Part shown: positions 50,157 through 50,989 of the stretch, one piece after another | Numbering within the stretch: the stretch's first letter is position 1 | Layout: the number at the start of each line of letters is the position of its first letter | Translations under genes and position numbers: made by a program | Notes under the pieces: model-generated | Databases searched by the model: none | Told to the model about the DNA's origin: nothing | Seen by the model: only the letters and a program-made list of their open reading frames with translations | Virus record (IMG/VR): IMGVR_UViG_3300022744_000039 | Coordinates: 1 to 50,989 of that record | DNA from: a virus | Length of the DNA stretch: 50,989 bases | Direction: 5' to 3' (one strand)

Positions 50157-50807
50157 GTGAAGCCCGGACAAAGTCATGGGATAGTTGTTTGCGAAATCCC
50201 TGGTCGTGGCTTTGTGATGCACAATTACAGTGTTATCGTCCAAAGGACTCCGTCAGTTCATCTACTTGCAGACGCGGTGTCTACAGGGGGACCATATATC
50301 CCGGACGGATACGAAGTCATACAAGGCCGATTCGGTAGACTTTATAAACTTCCGGGTAAGACATACCTGAAAGGTGAGTGGGTTGACGACTCCGACCCGA
50401 GAATCTTGGCCCAGCCCTGTACGTGGCAAGACCTTGGAGTTCGCTTCAACGGTGAGGTGACAGGCCTTGGTTGTGGCACTAAGACAATCACAGGATTCAG
50501 CTTCAATGTCTTTCCGACACAAGAAGCGGCGTCTAAAGCTGGTCAACCAAAGATGTCTTTCGATAAGATTCGTCAGACGTTTTTGAATGAACTAGCGCCA
50601 TATCGTGGCCGACAAACAGGTATCGTTCTGGCCCTGTTGAACCCGACACAAGAGCCCGTGTATGGTGAACTTCTGCGGTCGGTAGGGTTTAAGTTGTTGT
50701 CTAAGCACAACAATTTCAACCACGGAAACAATCATCCCAATTACCTCTATGGATGGTGTTGCGATGAAAACCGTGATGAAGTCAAAGAAACGGAGAAAAA
50801 GTTTTGA
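50157..50807 (+). CDS. Divergent paralog family member 3; start codon unresolved
   Basis: The C-terminal half (GLGCGTKTITGF...TGIVLALLNPTQ...SVGFKLLSKHNNFNHGNN) parallels members 1 and 2. The frame is open from 49896. After the upstream stop (50041) the first in-frame starts are GTG 50157, GTG 50214 and ATG 50217. Confidence 0.5.
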   Translation: MKPGQSHGIVVCEIPGRGFVMHNYSVIVQRTPSVHLLADAVSTGGPYIPDGYEVIQGRFGRLYKLPGKTYLKGEWVDDSDPRILAQPCTWQDLGVRFNGEVTGLGCGTKTITGFSFNVFPTQEAASKAGQPKMSFDKIRQTFLNELAPYRGRQTGIVLALLNPTQEPVYGELLRSVGFKLLSKHNNFNHGNNHPNYLYGWCCDENRDEVKETEKKF

Positions 50808-50989
50808 TTGAACACATCTTTGTCTACGGAACCCTTCGGCGCGGTCAAGGTGCTAACCGGGTGTTCGGTATGGAAAGTGCCGCCGAATACGTCGGGACCT
50901 TCAACTACGAAGGCGCTCAAATGTATACGCTCGGAGGCTTCCCCGGCATCAAGTTGACCCCGGATGATCGGCAATCTATCATCGTCGGT
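50804..50989 (+). CDS. Gamma-glutamylcyclotransferase-like protein, 5' part (continues at 1..322)
   Basis: TTG 50804 overlaps the upstream TGA (TTTTGA) and is in frame with the ORF at the window start through the 127-nt overlap. Confidence 0.7.
   Translation, partial: MIEHIFVYGTLRRGQGANRVFGMESAAEYVGTFNYEGAQMYTLGGFPGIKLTPDDRQSIIVG
50863..50989. repeat. Terminal overlap, identical to 1..127
   Basis: See the first feature. Confidence 0.95.

Noticed and set aside
1-50989. Lysogeny module, phage RNA polymerase, CRISPR array, transposase or retron
   Set aside because: I read all ORFs of 60 aa or more and found no integrase/recombinase, CI/Cro-like HTH, single-subunit RNAP-sized ORF with RNAP motifs, reverse transcriptase, or regularly spaced repeat array. 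This search was by eye only, so weak homologs could be missed.

Overview
The window is essentially one complete genome of a tailed dsDNA phage. Bases 1..127 are identical to 50863..50989, so the unit is 50,862 bp and circular or circularly permuted, and one gene spans the artificial break. Two transcription arms leave a ~600-nt control region (45209..45807) and meet at a bidirectional hairpin terminator near 17.9 kb. The plus arm (45808 through the window break to 17893) carries small early genes, including a ~2.6-kb GC-rich island. It then carries three paralogous genes of unknown function and a seven-gene amide-bond cassette: three carboxylate-amine ligases, two glutamine-amidotransferase-type hydrolases, a gamma-glutamylcyclotransferase and one unknown ORF. 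After that come the nucleotide metabolism and T7-like replication genes: ThyX, primase-helicase, family A DNA polymerase, gp2.5-like SSB, endonuclease I, a PD-(D/E)XK nuclease, a MazZ-like NTP pyrophosphohydrolase, a short C5-methyltransferase-like protein and a class II RNR. Two adjacent tRNA genes also lie on this arm. The minus arm (45208 down to 17936) has a podovirus-like order: tail fibres, terminase, portal, scaffold, capsid, tail tube proteins, large ejection proteins, tailspike, endolysin and holin. I recognised no phage RNA polymerase, integrase, repressor, CRISPR array or transposase. Near-consensus sigma70-type promoters suggest dependence on host RNAP. The observations I rate highest are:
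- the uncharacterised amide-bond cassette;
- the paralog family translationally coupled to it;
- the GC-rich early island with a structured, apparently non-coding leader;
- a strand-specific 10-mer that occurs five times;
- a face-to-face promoter pair with palindromic operators;
- a tRNA-Met with an initiator-type acceptor stem on an elongator-type body.
All functional calls rest on motifs I recognised by eye. No database search was run.
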